Source: Raja brachyura | Taxonomy: Eukaryota | DNA length: 64,000 nt | Direction: 5' to 3' | Assembly: GCA_963514005.1 (NCBI GenBank) | Contig: OY740783.1 | Span: 71,176,001-71,240,000 of the forward strand | Shown: one piece after another, positions 13,080 through 27,275 of the stretch | Position numbering within the stretch: position 1 is the stretch's first letter | Layout: each line of letters opens with the position of its first letter | The notes under the pieces: model-generated | What the model saw: the letters and a program-made list of their open reading frames with translations, nothing else | Told to the model about the DNA's origin: nothing | The model's database searches: none | Position numbers and translations under genes: made by a program

Positions 13080-14335
13080 CATAGGTCTTATAGTGGAGCA
13101 AGATAGACCACTCCTGCTAAATGCAATGAGCTGATGTGTAGTACGCAACGGCGCAGAACGTGGGCCTTTTTTTTCATCCATTTCAGTAATCCGACACGAC
13201 TTTGTAAATCCCTCTCGGCGTTGCGGGGGAACAGTGTGTGTGTGTGTTTGTGTGAGATATAGGGTTAGATTCATAATTCTGTTCATTCATAATTCTAAAT
13301 TTTGTTAAAGATTAATATGTTAACAAATTATGATTCTGTTAATTGTCTTTTTTAATGTTTTTTTAAAAAGCTTTTCCTTTTAAATGGCTTATGTGCTGTG
13401 TTTGAGTTCGAGTTGGTTTTTGTATTGCTCTTGCACTCTGTAATTCACCTAATCACACTGTTCACAACTGTGGTATTTGGAAAATAATAGCAATATGAAG
13501 ATTCCAGTTGCTCTGCTCTTGGAATCTTGGAATGTTCCTTAATGTTTTTTTGTGTCTATGGAATTGTTTTTCAACAATAAAATGGGTCTGGTCTTCCCAA
13601 TAGCCAGAGAGTAAAATGAGATCTGTCTGTAATGGTGGGGTTATCTAAATAAAGTATTTAGCAAAATAAACATTGTTTTGAGCTCGATTGAAAAACGATG
13701 TATAACTTAAGGATGGTTTTATTCAGTGACCATACAACTGATTAGATTGTGTAGGAAAGAACACACATACACACAGAAATGTTTAAGAAGGAACTGCAGA
13801 TGACTGAAATCAAACCCGCACCCGCTAAGTTTCTCCAGTGCTTTTGTCTACACACATGTATGAATGTGATATAGATGTATATAATCATATAACACACACA
13901 CATATATATTTCACCAGATTTTTATATTTAATTATAAACTTTATTTTGTACTCAAGGCCCAGACAAGGGGCACCATTACATAAAAATACATTGCAAACCT
14001 CCTCGCAAAGTTACCCTGGTGTCCCAGCCGTGCTGATCTGGGCCAGACTTTGCACACGCTGTGGAAGGAACATAGGCATCTTTTTGCTTCTTATTGTGAG
14101 GCAGAGAGGCAGAAAGAAAATGAGGACAAGATTTTTACCAAAGATCTTTGATCGAAGATGTTTCCGTAACCGGCTTCTGTCTCCGCATTAGTATCTTTGC
14201 TCCGCCATGGCGGACAAAGATGGCAGAGACGGAAGCCAATACGGAAGTGGGGCCAAAATTTACCCATGAATCTGCCCATGACCGTACTACGTCTTTTTCG
14301 TCGAGTGGACTATCTTGCTTGCTATAGGATCTTTA
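13080..14335. mobile_element. Non-autonomous DNA transposon, probably hAT
   Basis: Imperfect ~32-bp TIRs (cataggtcttatagtggagcaagatagaccactc / gagtggactatcttgcttgctataggatcttta). 8-bp TSD cac[a/g]caac at 13072-13079 and 14336-14343. Confidence 0.7.
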
Positions 14336-15409
14336 CACGCAACTACACAAAAATTAACATAAACATCCACCACAGCACACTGTGATGGAAGGCAATACGT
14401 ATTATCTTTTGGAGACCGATTTCTACCTTACTAACCAATACATTTTCCAAAATAAATATTACAATAATGCCATAATAAATAGCAGAATGAAAATTAATTT
14501 CGTAGCAGCATTTTAAAGAATATCATCAAAACAAATTATCAATTTGTGAGAGTTTGCTTTGCACAACGTTAAAGCCACTTTTTGACAATAGAGCAGGAAA
14601 TAGGCTTCAAATCTATGTCATTATAGATAATATAACAATGACTCATTCTATTGGAACATCAAGACTACAATTCTACAATTAAAACCCCAGGTAATTTTTG
14701 CATAACACCAGCTAAGCAAAAGTAAAGCTTCGTTCATTTTGCCCCAGCTTCAATATATACATCACTCTCATAACTGTGAAAGTGTGCTTCAGATGACTCG
14801 ATTTGTCTGCCGATGTTCTAAAATATATTTGAGTATCGAATACTGTTAATGTCTGCTATCATTTCCTTAACAAGCAGGTAAGTAAAACTCATTTGCAATA
14901 CTATCAAAACATGTCACAGACTCAGAGAATTTGAAATCATCTGATGCAGAAGATTATTTTTATTTTCCTGTCATATCTACTAACTGCATGAATAGACCTG
15001 TATATATATGTATCTTTCCAATATAAATACAAGGTCACACAAGGAACTGTAGATGCTGAATTTTGAGCAAAAGTGCTGGAGGAACTCAGCTGGTCAGGCA
15101 GCATCTGTGGAGAGGATGCACAGAAAACGTTTTGAGTTGGGACCCCTCTTCAATATAAGGTATGTTCAGGTGAACAATACCCGAGAGGTATCTCAATCCC
15201 AGCTGTCTTATGTTCAGGTGCCAATAACACCTCATATTCAACCTGGGTATTCTACAACCCACTGTTATGACCATGTGTTCCTTCCTCTCTCCTTCTAATC
15301 CAACCAGGTTCTCTCAACTCCCACAAACATTGTCCGATCCCCTTCCCCAACTGGTTTCCATCTTCCCATCATCCTCCCTTACCCGATTCCATTCTTCACC
15401 TCCTTACAT

Positions 15410-16222
15410 GTCAAGACGACACCCCCTCTCCCTCAATTTCAGCAAGACAAAAGAGATTGTGATCAAATTCAGAAAGAGAAGCAGTACATACACCCGGCAT
15501 TAATAATGCCAAAGTAGAAATGGTTGAAAGCTTCAAGGTCTTAGGAATGAATATCACCAGCAATTTGTCCTGGACCAGCCATATGCAATCAATGGCCAAG
15601 AAAGCATAGCAAGGCCTCTACTCAGAAGGCATAGGAAGTTTGGCATGCCCCCAACAACCCTCACCAACCTCTACAGATGCGCCATTTTAAGGGATGCATC
15701 GGGATGTTTGGGAACAGCACCATCCAAGACAGCAAGAAATTGCAGAGTTGTGGACATAGCCCAGACCGTCACATAAACCAACCTTCCTTCCATTGACTCC
15801 ATCTACACTTCTAGCTGGCTCGGTATGGCCACCAGCATAATCAAGGACCAGTCTCACTCCGGTCACTCCTTCTCCCCTCTCTTATCTGGCAAGAGGTACA
15901 GAAGTTAGAAACCATAACTGTGTATGTTAGAAAAGTTAGTAAACATAACCGTCCAGATTCAGGGACAGGTTCTTCCCAGCTGTTATTAGGCAACTGAACC
16001 ATCCTCTTACGAGCTAGAGAGCGGTCCTGACCTCCCATCTAACCCATTGGAAACCTTTGAGCTATCTTTAATTGGAATTTATCTTGAACTAAGCATTATA
16101 CCCTTTATCCTGCACTGTGTTATACACTGTGGATGGCTTGATTGTAATCAAGCATAGTATTTTCGCTGACTGGATAGTATGCAACAAAACGTTTTATACG
16201 TGACAACAATAAACTAAACTAA
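15410..16222 (+). mobile_element. Rex1/Babar LINE 3' fragment
   Basis: LSLNFSKTKEIV, LTNLYRC and SRFRDRFFPAV-like remnants; gtgacaa..taaactaaac tail. Confidence 0.8.
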
Positions 16223-18063
16223 TGATTCCAGCGTCTGCACACTCTTGTGTCCCCATTTATCACTTTCTAGTCTTTGTAACTATGTACCTTCACTCTTAAC
16301 TTTCCTTATTTGGCACCACCCACAACTTTTCTTTCTCTCACTCTCCCTATCTGTTTTTGCCCATTACATGCCGGCCTTTGCCTCCCAACTCCATCCCTTA
16401 CCCTCCTCCACCTACTGCCATCCAAATTTCATTTCCCCCCCTTACGCCTGCCAGCTCCCCCCCACACCACTTCATCCCATCTCTCTTCACCGTCACTTTC
16501 AGTCCTGCTGCAAAATGCCAAACATCTCTCGGTCATCTGCTGCCTAACCCACTGGTTCGTCCTCCAGCAGTTTGATGTTAGCATAAGGAATGTTTCCCTG
16601 TGGTAAACATACCTGCTCACTGTAATATTTGAAAGAAGAGTTGATAAATGTGATGTCAGTGAAACATTAACCAGATAAAAATATTCTTTGTTCGATTCTC
16701 AGTGTGCAAAATAGAGGTATGAAGTATAAGTAACTCAGCGGATCAGGAGGCATCTCTGAAGAACATGGATAAATTACATTTCACGTCAGGAACCTTCTTC
16801 AGACTGAAGAAGGCTCCCGACCCAAAACACTCTCTATCCATGTTCTTCAGAGATGCTGCTTGATCTGATGACTTACACCAGCACTTTGTGTCTTCTTTAG
16901 TAAACTAGCATCTGCAGTTCCTTATGTCAACAATCAATGAAGTGAACTTTCTGTGCACTGCAAGCACATCTTTAGACATGGAGATCAAAACTGCACTCCA
17001 TAATGCATACTCTATAAACCTTGCAATAAAGAACAGTATTCTTTTAGCCTACCTCATTTCTTGCTGTAACAGCAAAATGACTTTGTGTTTCATATAGTAT
17101 GACCCACAAATACTTTTATACAGCAACATTTTAATAATAATTTTAATAATGAGTTTTTTTATTTTTTCTTTCCAAAGCATATAACCTTACATTTCCCTGT
17201 AGTATACAGTATCTCAATCATTAAACTTGTCTATATTCCTTTGTAGGCTTTTTCTGTCCTGCTCACAGCTTGCTAAGATACCTATCTTTGTAGCATTAGC
17301 AAATTTGGCTTCAGTAACTTGATCCATTCATCCAAGTTATTAACAGTGATTATAAATAGTTGAGGCCCCCGCAATAAGACCTGTAGCACCAAACCATTTT
17401 TCAATCCTAAAATAGCCAAAAATGAAAATGATATTGCCAGTCATTTATCTAACTTTCAAAACATGCAAAGCAATGTTGTTATTAAATATCAACCACTACC
17501 TAAGCAAATATAGGTTTATTATGAATTTATTGATTGTCAAATAATTTTGTTTGTTTCTTCATTTTTTGGTCAAATATTCCTTAATTACATGCATTATATG
17601 ACAAATGTATTTCACTTTTGCACTTTCATTTACATTTGTATTACTAAATGTGAAAATGCATACCTCCAAATTCAGGGACAGTTTCTTCCCAGCTATTATC
17701 AGGCAACTAAACCATTCTATCAACAACTGGAGAGCAGTCCTGACTTACTATCTACCTCATTGGAAACCCTCAGACTATTTTTAAACCAGACGACCTTGCA
17801 CTAAACATTATTCCCTTTATCATGTTCTGTACACTGTGGATGGCTTGACAGTAACCATGCACACTTTCCGCTAACTGTTTAGCACACAACAAAACACTTT
17901 TCACTGTACCTCAGTACATGTGACAATAAACTAAACTACATTACGTAGAAAGTTGTCCCAAAATACTTTGAAAAGTGAAATGTATTTTTCTGAATCATTG
18001 CATCATCTCAAATGAATTAATCTTTTAAGCCTAATGAAGGCAATGACACATGCTTGTTTAATA

Positions 18064-18552
18064 CCAGACTGATTCCTGGGATGTCAGGACTTTCATATGA
18101 GGAAAGATTGGATACACTCGGCTTGTACTCGCTGGAATTTAGAAGATTGAGGGGGGATCTTATAGAAACTTACAAAATTCTTAAGGGGTTGGACAAGCTA
18201 GATGCTGGAAGATTGTTCCCGATGTTGGGGGAGTCCAGAACAAGGGGTCACAGTCTAAGGATAAGGGGGAATTCCTTTAGGACCGAAATGAGGAAAACAT
18301 TCTTTACACAGAGAGTGGTGAGTCTCTGGAATTCTCTGCCACAGAAGGTAGTTGAGGCCAGTTCATTGGCTATATTTAAGAGGGCGTTAGATGTGGCACT
18401 TGTGGCTAAAGGGATCAGGGGGTATGGAGAGAAGGCAGGTACGGGATACTGAGTTGGATGATCAGCCATGATCACATTGAATGGCGGTGCAGGCTCGAAG
18501 GGCCGAAAGGCCTACTCCTGCACCTATTTTCTATGTTTCTATGTTTCTATGT
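18064..18552 (+). mobile_element. Young CR1 (HER1-like) 3' end
   Basis: Open ORF2 C-terminus (18054-18452); (tttctatg)n tail. Confidence 0.93.
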
Positions 18553-19269
18553 TAATGGGATATGGTTTCCTGGTGATCATAACAATCATTGACTCATAAA
18601 GGTATGTGCATCGTCAAGATCACAGTAACTTTTAAGGAACACTTCCATATTGTTTGTGAGCTAAAAAATACTCAGAACAGCAAGACTGGTGAAATGAAAT
18701 GAATGCCAGAAGAATAATAGACCTCAAAATAATAATGGCATATCTGTGTTTTTTTAATTAAGTTAAAACACAAATCAGCGTGACATGTGAATTTCTCATT
18801 ACAAAATTACTGAAATGTTATAAATTGGAAGTAGGCCATCCAGATTTAGCTGGACTTGAATTCATTACTCAGAAATTAACTTCAACCACTTCAATTTATT
18901 TTCTCTTTTGATCTTTTGCTGCAGGAATGCTTTCAACCCAATATATACACGATAAATTGAAAAAAAACATTTAATATTTCCTTTACAATGAGCTGTATAG
19001 ATATCTATCAGTAAAGAGGTAAAACACAAATATAGAAAAAGACAGAGTTGCAGGGTCTACAGAAATACAGGATTTCAAAACTTAGGAATGTACAAGGATG
19101 TAAAATACCACTTCAGTGAACTGTTCAATTCCAAAGCTTCCAAAATATGAAACTTAACTCAAATTCTCATACTTCTGAACCTATACTCGCCTATTCATTT
19201 CTATCCGATTGGTCTTCTTAATATTTGTGTTGACTGCAGTTGCTCAATCGGTTGATTAGAATCGGTTAA

Positions 19270-19580
19270 AAGACCCCACACATCTCCATCACGGACTGTT
19301 CACTCTGCTGCCCTCGGGCAAAAGATATCGTAGCATAAGGAGCAAGGTTCTGCAACAGCTTCTTCCCACGAGCCATCAGACTCCTGAATGCCATGTAATG
19401 GGCTGCCACCATTGTCTATTTATCCTTTTATCTTTTTTATCCATTTTATCCATGTTTATCCTTCTGATAATTATCGTGTTGCACAGGGAGCCAAATGCAA
19501 CGGAATTTCGTTTGGAACTGCATATATCGATGTATTTCTAAATGACAATAAAGTTTGTTTGACTTGACTTTTTTTGACTT
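19270..19580 (+). mobile_element. Rex1/Babar 3' fragment
   Basis: HP.HGLFTLLPSGKRYRSI coding; atgacaataaa followed by (gactt)n tail. Confidence 0.75.
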
Positions 19581-19794
19581 GAGTGGTGATAACAGCGGTA
19601 CAATTAATGTTAGGACTGTTCGGTTCGGGATGGGATATTGCCCCCAGGATTCCTGTTGCTCACCCATATGCAGTGCCCATGCTGGAAGTGTAAATTTGCA
19701 TATGTTTGTTTGCCAAAATAAACAAATACTCTATTTAATTAAAAAAATCTAAATTTATAATGAAGTGTGATGTTATATGCTTCTTAACTCTGAT

Positions 19795-20339
19795 TGGCTC
19801 CAAATCTGAGGAAGGACATTATTGCCATAGAGGGAGTGCAGCGAAGGTTCACCAGACTGATTCCTGGGATGTCAGGACTGTCTTATGAACAAAGACTGCA
19901 TAGACTCGGTTTATACTCTCTAGAATTTAGGAGATTGAGAGGGGATCTTATAGAAACTTACAAGATTCTTAAGGGGTTGGACAGGCTAGATGCAGGAAGA
20001 TTGTTCCCGATGTTGGGGAGGTCCAGGACAAGGGGTCACAGCTTAAGGATAAGGGGGAAATCCTTTAGGACCGAGATGAGAAGGAATTTTTTCACACAGA
20101 GAGTGGTGGGTCTCTGGAACTCTCTGCCACAGAGGGTAGTTGAGGCCAGTTCATTGGATATATTTAAGAGGGAGTTAGATGTGGCCCTTGTGGCTAAGGG
20201 GATTAGAGGGTATGGAGATAAGGCAGGTACGGGATACCGAGTTGGATGATCAGCCATGATCATATTGAATGGCGGTGCAGGCTCGAAGGGCCGAATGGCC
20301 TATTCCTGCACCTAATTTCTATGTTTCTATGTTTCTATG
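19795..20339 (+). mobile_element. Young CR1 (HER1-like) 3' end
   Basis: Open ORF2 C-terminus (19794-20249); (tttctatg)n tail. Confidence 0.93.
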
Positions 20340-21599
20340 GCTCCTGGGCCAGAATAATTTAATTTCAAAGTATTCATTATTAGGCACAAATCATTCAATG
20401 TTTTTAACTCCCAGTCTCTATAACCTCTGCCAAATCTACAATTCAGTGAGACTTCAGCATTTCTTCACTCTGCAGTGTGTCTTCATTTACTTCACACCAC
20501 CACCAGTTAGTTGGCGTGCGTTCAGCCACATAACCTGGTCATAATGCTATTTAAAATAAAATTCTTTAACATAGACAGATTTGACATGTTCAAACGGAGG
20601 TGGCAAGGGGGAAGAGGATTTAATACGATGCAAATAGTGGCAAAGGTCTAGAGATTAAATTTCTGGAATATTCTAAATTAATGTTTCAGGTTGAAGATCT
20701 TTGATCACTACACAGTCCATCTAGTTTTCTTTGGCCAAACCTTCCAAACCAATGACTTCAACTGTCTAAGAAACAAGGGCGGCAAATAGCTGAAAATTCT
20801 CCCTAACAACACGAGTTGAATCTTTACCAAATAGACAAAAGTAATTTAGAAGGCAGCTCATGACAAGCTTCTCAAGGGAAATTTGTACACTACATTTTGT
20901 GGCACTCATTCATGTGCATCCCCCACCCCGCCCCCCCCCCCCCAATTCTTGCTACACCAAATAGAAATAGATAGCATACAAAACATCTGTCAAAAGTTCT
21001 CAGATCATTCATCTTATGGTAATCGAAAACCAAAGTTATCCAGAAATCTCCCTAATTCCTTTCTGAAGGGGTCAGTGCCCATTAAGCCGCCATTATGCTG
21101 CTGCACAAATAGACCACCCGAAAATAATAAATCTTCTAGATATCAGTGAGAATGGACTAAATTGGAGACTACAAGCAGACAGGCTGTAAAACCTACTGAG
21201 CACCTGAGCTTACTACTTTCCTGATGTCGACCAAGGTCAATATTTACCAGCATTATCTTTGTTTGCTGAAACTGTCTGAGTCTCAATAATCAGGCCCAGG
21301 CATTCTATTTGGCCATTAAATGCAAACCCAATGATATTTTTCATTAAATTCCACTCTACTGAGATTGGAGAGTTGTCAGGTTATAATCCTGATCCTTTAT
21401 TAAAATAAGATAGATCATGGACGAATGTTTTCTTTCACCAGTCTCCTGCCACCTTTTGAAAATATTTACAAGCCATCTTAATCTTTTCCTTCAACATCAT
21501 ACGGCCGAAGAGCCTGCACAAACTTCTCAAGTCCATTTAATATAGCCAACATAATTTCCCTGGAGATTTACAAACAACATACCTCATTGAACCATACCG

Positions 21600-21970
21600 A
21601 ATAGTGAAAGGCTTGGATAGAATGGATGTGGAGAGGATGTTTCCACTAGTGGGAGAGTCTAGGACTAGTGGTCATTGCCTCAGAATTAAAAGACGTTCTT
21701 TTAGGAAGAAGATGAGACAAAATGTCTTTAGTCAGGAGGTGGTGAATCTGTGGAATTCTTTGCCACGGAAAGCTGTGGAGGCCACGTCAGTGGATATTTT
21801 TACGGCAGAGATAGATAGCTTTTTGATCAGCACAGGTGTCAGAGGTTATGGGGAGTTGGCAGGAGAATGGGGTTAGGAGGGAGAGATAGATCAGCCATGA
21901 TTGAATGGCAGAGTAGACTGATGGGCTAAATGGCCTAATTCTACTCCTATCACTTATGACATTATGATTT
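21600..21970 (+). mobile_element. CR1 3' end
   Basis: ORF 21604-21876 has KGLDR.DVERMFP..VVNLWNSLP. Confidence 0.88.
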
Positions 21971-22339
21971 TAATTTAGGTTTATCTATTACATGATACAG
22001 ACACAAGGTCCACCAATAACAGCAAAACCACAGATTTCTGTACTATACACAGAAATAATTCAGTCAAAAATGCTTAAATGTAAGTAAAAGTTGGAAAAAA
22101 ACCGAACATACCTACAACCATAATGAGACTATTTTGAAGTGAGCCAGAGAATAATGCATGGTTACTTACAGTAAAACAACCTTCCAAATCTTCCCAACCA
22201 CATATTTTATCTTTTATATCAGTGTGATCCTTTTTTAAAGCAGTCAATCACTCATTTTGTTTCATTTTAATATTTTCATAAATTCTGCTTAGGTTCAAGC
22301 ATTTTTGACTTGGAATTCTTCTGATTGTTTTGAATATTC

Positions 22340-22740
22340 ACCTCTGCCCTCAATATCTCTCCCCCTTACAGAACAAAGATACAGTTCCTTTGGTCCTCCA
22401 CTCCCTCTTTAATCCTTACTTCCCTCCCACATTCAACAGATCATCCTTTGCAATTTCCACCAAGATTCCATCACAAGAAATATTGCAAAACCTGTCCTTT
22501 TGTCTCAATCATTTCCACCATCCAGGGACCTAAATAGCATTTTCAATTTAAGCAAGAACTCACTTGCACTTCTTCCAATGTAGTTTGCTGCATTTAGTAT
22601 TTGAAATTGGATCTTCTCTACATTGGAGAAAACCAAATGCAGGTTGGGTGACTACTTTGTGACACATTGCGTTCAGTGTGTAGATGCAACTCAGAGCTCC
22701 CTAGTTCAGTGCCATTCCACTCTGGCATCTCCCCTCAATC
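22340..22740 (+). mobile_element. Old Penelope-like endonuclease fragment
   Basis: Decayed NKD.VPLVL and FTCTSSN.VYCI....LYIGE-like coding remnants. Confidence 0.55.
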
Positions 22741-22751
22741 TCCAGTAGCGT

Positions 22752-23400
22752 CATAGAGTGATACAGTGTGGGAACAGGCCCTTTAGCCCAACTTGCCCAC
22801 ACTGGCCAACATGTCCCAGCTACATTAGTCCCACATGCCCACATTTGGCCTATATCCCTCTAAACCTTTCCTATCCAATGCATCTGTCTAACTAATCTGT
22901 AAACACTGGGATAGTCCCTGCCTCAACTACATCCTTTGACAGCTTGTTCCATACACCCATCACCATTTATGTGAAAAAGATACCCCTCAGATTCCTATCA
23001 AATCTTTTCCCCTTCACCTTGAACCTATATCCTCTAGTCCTCGATTCACCTACTCTGAACAAGAGGCTCTGTGCATCTACCCGATCTATTCCTTTCATGA
23101 TTTTATACACCTCGATAAGATCATCTCTCATCCTCCTGCGCTCCAATGAATTCAGTCCAAGCCTACTCATCCAGACCTAGTCCTGGCAAAATCCACATAA
23201 ATCTTCTCTGTATCCTTTCTAGCTTGACAACATCTTTCCTATAACATGGTGCCCAAAACTGAACACGACACTTTAAATGTTGCCTCACCAACTTCTTATA
23301 CTACTGCAACATGACCTCCCAACTCCTATACTATGACTGATGAAGGCCAATGTGCCAAAAGCCTTCTTGACCACCCTATCTACCTGCGATTCCACCTTCA
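22752..23400 (-). mobile_element. CR1 3' fragment
   Basis: ORF 22967-23170 has LGL.SLERRRMRDDLIEVYKI. Confidence 0.88.
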
Positions 23401-24659
23401 ATGTGCACACATGACAATAATAATCAATACCAACACCAAACCTGTGCTCTCAATTTGTGCTGTTATCTCCTACTATTGGGCATTGGGCTAGTAACCTATT
23501 GCCTATTTTTAATTTAACATATTCTAACTGTGTTTCAGGGAGAACGTAAATATTTCAAGTCATCCTCCAGGTTTCAACTAATGAATGAGATGCAAAGACC
23601 AGGAGTAGCAACTAACTGACAGGTGCAACTATGAACTCTGTGGTAAATACACTGACACACACTGGAGGCAACTCAGAAGGAATCAGGCTGACAGGCTCCC
23701 CAGGCGGAAGGAAGTTGAAAACCCAACAGAGTGTGTTCAGCATAGATGAAGAGGATAAAAATAAGCCAACTATGGAAAACTGGAAACAGATGAGAAGGAA
23801 GAAATGTTGCATTCTGACACTGAGAGAAGCAGCTAGAAACAGAACAGGCAAACAGAATGAGAATCAGACCTGGGGAATAAAAGTCACAAAGCAAGCTCAG
23901 AGAGCGATATAGGAGACAGAGCCAGGATAAATACATGTGAACAGGAAGAAGGCGAGACCATTCAGATTTCATTCTTTTTTTTTTTCTTTGGTAATTTGCA
24001 CCAAGGTTACAAATATAAAGTTTTCTTTGAAAAAAAAAAGAGAAATACGTATTTGTGAATTTGATGGATGGCAGTGCATGCATGCCTGCAGATGGAGTTC
24101 AGGTTGCTGACCAGAAATTTTTATTTTGAATTGCGAACAACCCGACCAAAGAACAAAGGAGACAAACAAAATTGACATGCTGCTAAAAATCTATCAATAA
24201 TAGCCGAGAGGTACTTTAACAATCTGACAACTCAGCCATGATGACTATGAACATGAGCAATGTTGGAAAAACATGTCATGATAATGCATCTTGAATTGAC
24301 CTACAATACAAGTCTGATGAAAATGGGTTAAATGTGCTAAAGTGCATGGAAAATTGAATGCATCTTTTAAAAAGGCAGCTGATGCTGGCATAAGAAGTGG
24401 AAAGGGTCTGTGGTTCACGGAAAGGTTTTGAGAGGTTGATAAATGGGCAATCAAATAGGGAAGGAATAGTATTTGGTTTATTTATATAACTTTCAGTTTA
24501 TCTGTCTTGCACCCTTTCTTTGAAGGTGTAAAAGTGAGCAAGACAACTGTGCTGCACAATCAATGACTGTGCCAACGCTAATAAGCTAATACACTGAACA
24601 TTCTCCAGCCCTAAGAAATCTCCAGGATCGGACAATGATAGAGCAGCTTGTAATGGAGC

Positions 24660-26940
24660 CGACCAGAGAAAAGTCAATTCTGGATTTAGTGTTGTCCAGT
24701 GAACCAGATATGATAAGATAACTCGAGGTGAAGGAACCGCTTGGAGGTAGTAATCATAATATGATTAGTTTTAATCTGTAATTTGAGAAGGAGAAGGTTA
24801 AATTGGAAGTGCCAGTGATGCAGTTGAACAAAGGGGACTATGAAGGCATGAGAGAGGAGCTGGCCAAGGTAGACTGGGAAGCGATCCTGGCAGGAATGAC
24901 GGTGGAACAGCAATGGCAGGAATTTCTGGGCATAATCCAGAAGATGCAGGATCATTTCATTCCAAAAAGGAAGAAAGATTCTAAGGGGAGTAGGAGGCAA
25001 CCGTGGCTGACATGAGAAGTTAGTGATAGAATAAAAATAAAAGAAAAGATGTATAACACAGCAAAAAGTAGCCGGAAGCCAGAGGATTGGGAAACTTTCA
25101 TTGGACAACAGAAGGAAACAAAACGGGCAATATGGGCTGAAAATATGAAGTACAAAGGGAAGCTGGCCAGAAATATAAAGAAGGACAGTAAAAGCTTCTT
25201 TAGATATGTCAAGGGAAAAAGAGTAGCAAAGTCAAATGTGGGTCCCTTGAAGGCATACACGGGTGAAATTATTCTGGGGAACAAGGAAATGGCAGAAGAG
25301 TTGAACAGGTACTTCGGATCTGTCTTCACTAAGGAAGACACAAACAATCTCCCAGATGTACTGGAGGACAGAGGATCTAAGGGGGTAGAGGAACTGAAAT
25401 AAATTTTCATTAGGCGCGAAATAGTATTGGGTAGGCTAATGGGACTGAAGGATGATAAATCACCTGGGCCTGATGGTCTGCATCCCCTGGTCCTCAGGGA
25501 GGTGGCTCTAGAAATAGTGGACGCATTGGTGATCATTTTCCAATGTTCAATAGATTCAGGATCAGTTCCTGTGGATTCGAGGATAGTTAATGTTATCCCA
25601 CTTTTCAAGAAAGGAGCGAGAGAGAAAACGAGGAATTACAGACCAGTTAGCCTGACTTCGGTGGTGGGAAAGATGCTGGAGTCAATTATTAAACAGGTAA
25701 TAATGGTGCATTCGGATAGCAGTTAAAGGATTAGTCCAAGACAACATGGATTTATGAAAGGGAAATCATGCTTGACTAATCTTCTGGAATTTGTTGAGGA
25801 TATGACAAGTAAAATGGATGAAGGGGTGCCAGTGGATGTAGTGTAGACTTTCAGAAAGCCTTTGATAAGGTTCCGCACGGGAGACTGGTGACTAAAATTA
25901 GAGCACATGGTATTAGGGGTAGGGTGTTGACATGAATAGAAAATTGGTTGGCAGACAGGAAGCAAAGAGTAGGAGTGAAGGGGTCCTATTCAGAATGGCA
26001 GGCAGTGGCGAGTGGAGTGCTGCAAGGCTCGGTGTTGGGGGCGCAACTGTTTACCATATATATTAATGATTTGGAAGAGGGAATTAGGAGTAACACTTGC
26101 AAGTTCGCGGATGACATAAAGCTGGGTGGCAGTGTGAACTGTGAAGAGGATGTTAGGAGGGTGACCTGGACAGGTTGCATGAGTGGGCAGATGCGTGTAT
26201 AATATATAGATAAATGTGAGGTTATCCACTTTGGCGGCAAAAACAAGGGGGCAGATTATTATCTCAATGGGGTTAGGTAAGGGGGAGGTGCAGCGAGACC
26301 TGGGCGTCCTGGTACACCAGTCACTGAAAGTTGGCGTGCAGGTACAGCAGGCAGTGAAGAAAGCTAATGGATTGTTGGCCTTCATAACAAGAGGATTTCA
26401 GTATAGGAGTAAAGAGGTTCTTCTGCAGCTGTATAGGGCTCTGGTGAGAACACATCTGGAGTATTGTGTACAGTTTGGTCTCCTAATTTGCGGAAGGACA
26501 TCCTTGTGATTGAGGCAGTGCAGACTAGGTTCACGAAATTGATCCCCGAGATGGCGGGACTGTCATGTGAGGAAAGATTGAAAAGACTAGGCTTGTATTC
26601 ACTGGAGTTTAGAAGGATGAGGGGGTATCTTATGGAAACATAAAATTATAAAAGGACTAGACAGGCCATTTAAGACTGAGGTGAGAAAAAACCTTTTCAC
26701 CCAGAGAGTTGTGAATTTGTGGAATTCTGTGCCACAGAGGGCAGTGGAGGCCAAGTCACTGGATGGATTTAAGAGAGAGTTAGATAGAGCTCGAGGGGCT
26801 AGTGGAATTAAGGGATATGGAGAGAAGGCAGGCACGGGTTATTGATTGGGACAATCAGCCATGATCACAATGAAAGGCGGTGCTGGCTCGAAGGGGCGAA
26901 GGGGCGAATGGCCTCCTCCTGCTTCTATTTTTCTATGTAT
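24660..26940 (+). mobile_element. 2.3-kb 5'-truncated CR1 LINE with frameshifted ORF2
   Basis: KSPGPDGLHP, NYRPVSLTSVVGK, QHGF, QGSVLG, KFADD, LEYCVQF; CR1 3' UTR. Confidence 0.95.
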
Positions 26941-27061
26941 CCCCCTCTACCCGCAAGCTCTGTGCCGAACAACTGGCACCAGTCTACACAGACATTTTCA
27001 ATCTGTCCCTGCAAACCTGCACTGTCCCTGCCTGCTTCAAAGCCTCCATTATTGTTCCCAT

Positions 27062-27275
27062 CGTGTGCGGACGTGGCGCCGACGGTCGAGAGACCAAAGC
27101 AAAGTCGTCGAAGCTAAAGAACCGAATGGAAACGAGGCCGAAATGCCAATAAACCGAAAGAGTCCGAAGACGAAACGCCTACTAACCAAAAGGATGGGAC
27201 GGCTAAATGCACACTAACCGAAAGGGCGAGACACCTAAAAGCCAACAAACCGAAAAACTACGTCGCCTACATCAC
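27062..27275. repeat. Degenerate ~16-bp minisatellite-like array (..ccgaaa..)
   Basis: ccgaa/cctaa/ccaaa cores near 27122, 27138, 27154, 27187, 27203, 27218, 27234 and 27250. Confidence 0.55.

Noticed and set aside
14748-14883. Possible plus-strand exon (ccccag|...gcag|gtaagt)
   Set aside because: Stops in all three frames; a non-coding exon cannot be excluded but is unsupported.
22164-22235. Possible 60-nt minus-strand exon (DHTDIKDKICGWEDLEGCFT) ending at gtaagt
   Set aside because: The acceptor lacks a pyrimidine tract, the peptide is unrecognised, and no partner exons were found.
24952-25608. 218-aa minus-strand ORF and similar ones (57059-57511, 36996-37349)
   Set aside because: Antisense shadows of LINE ORF2.
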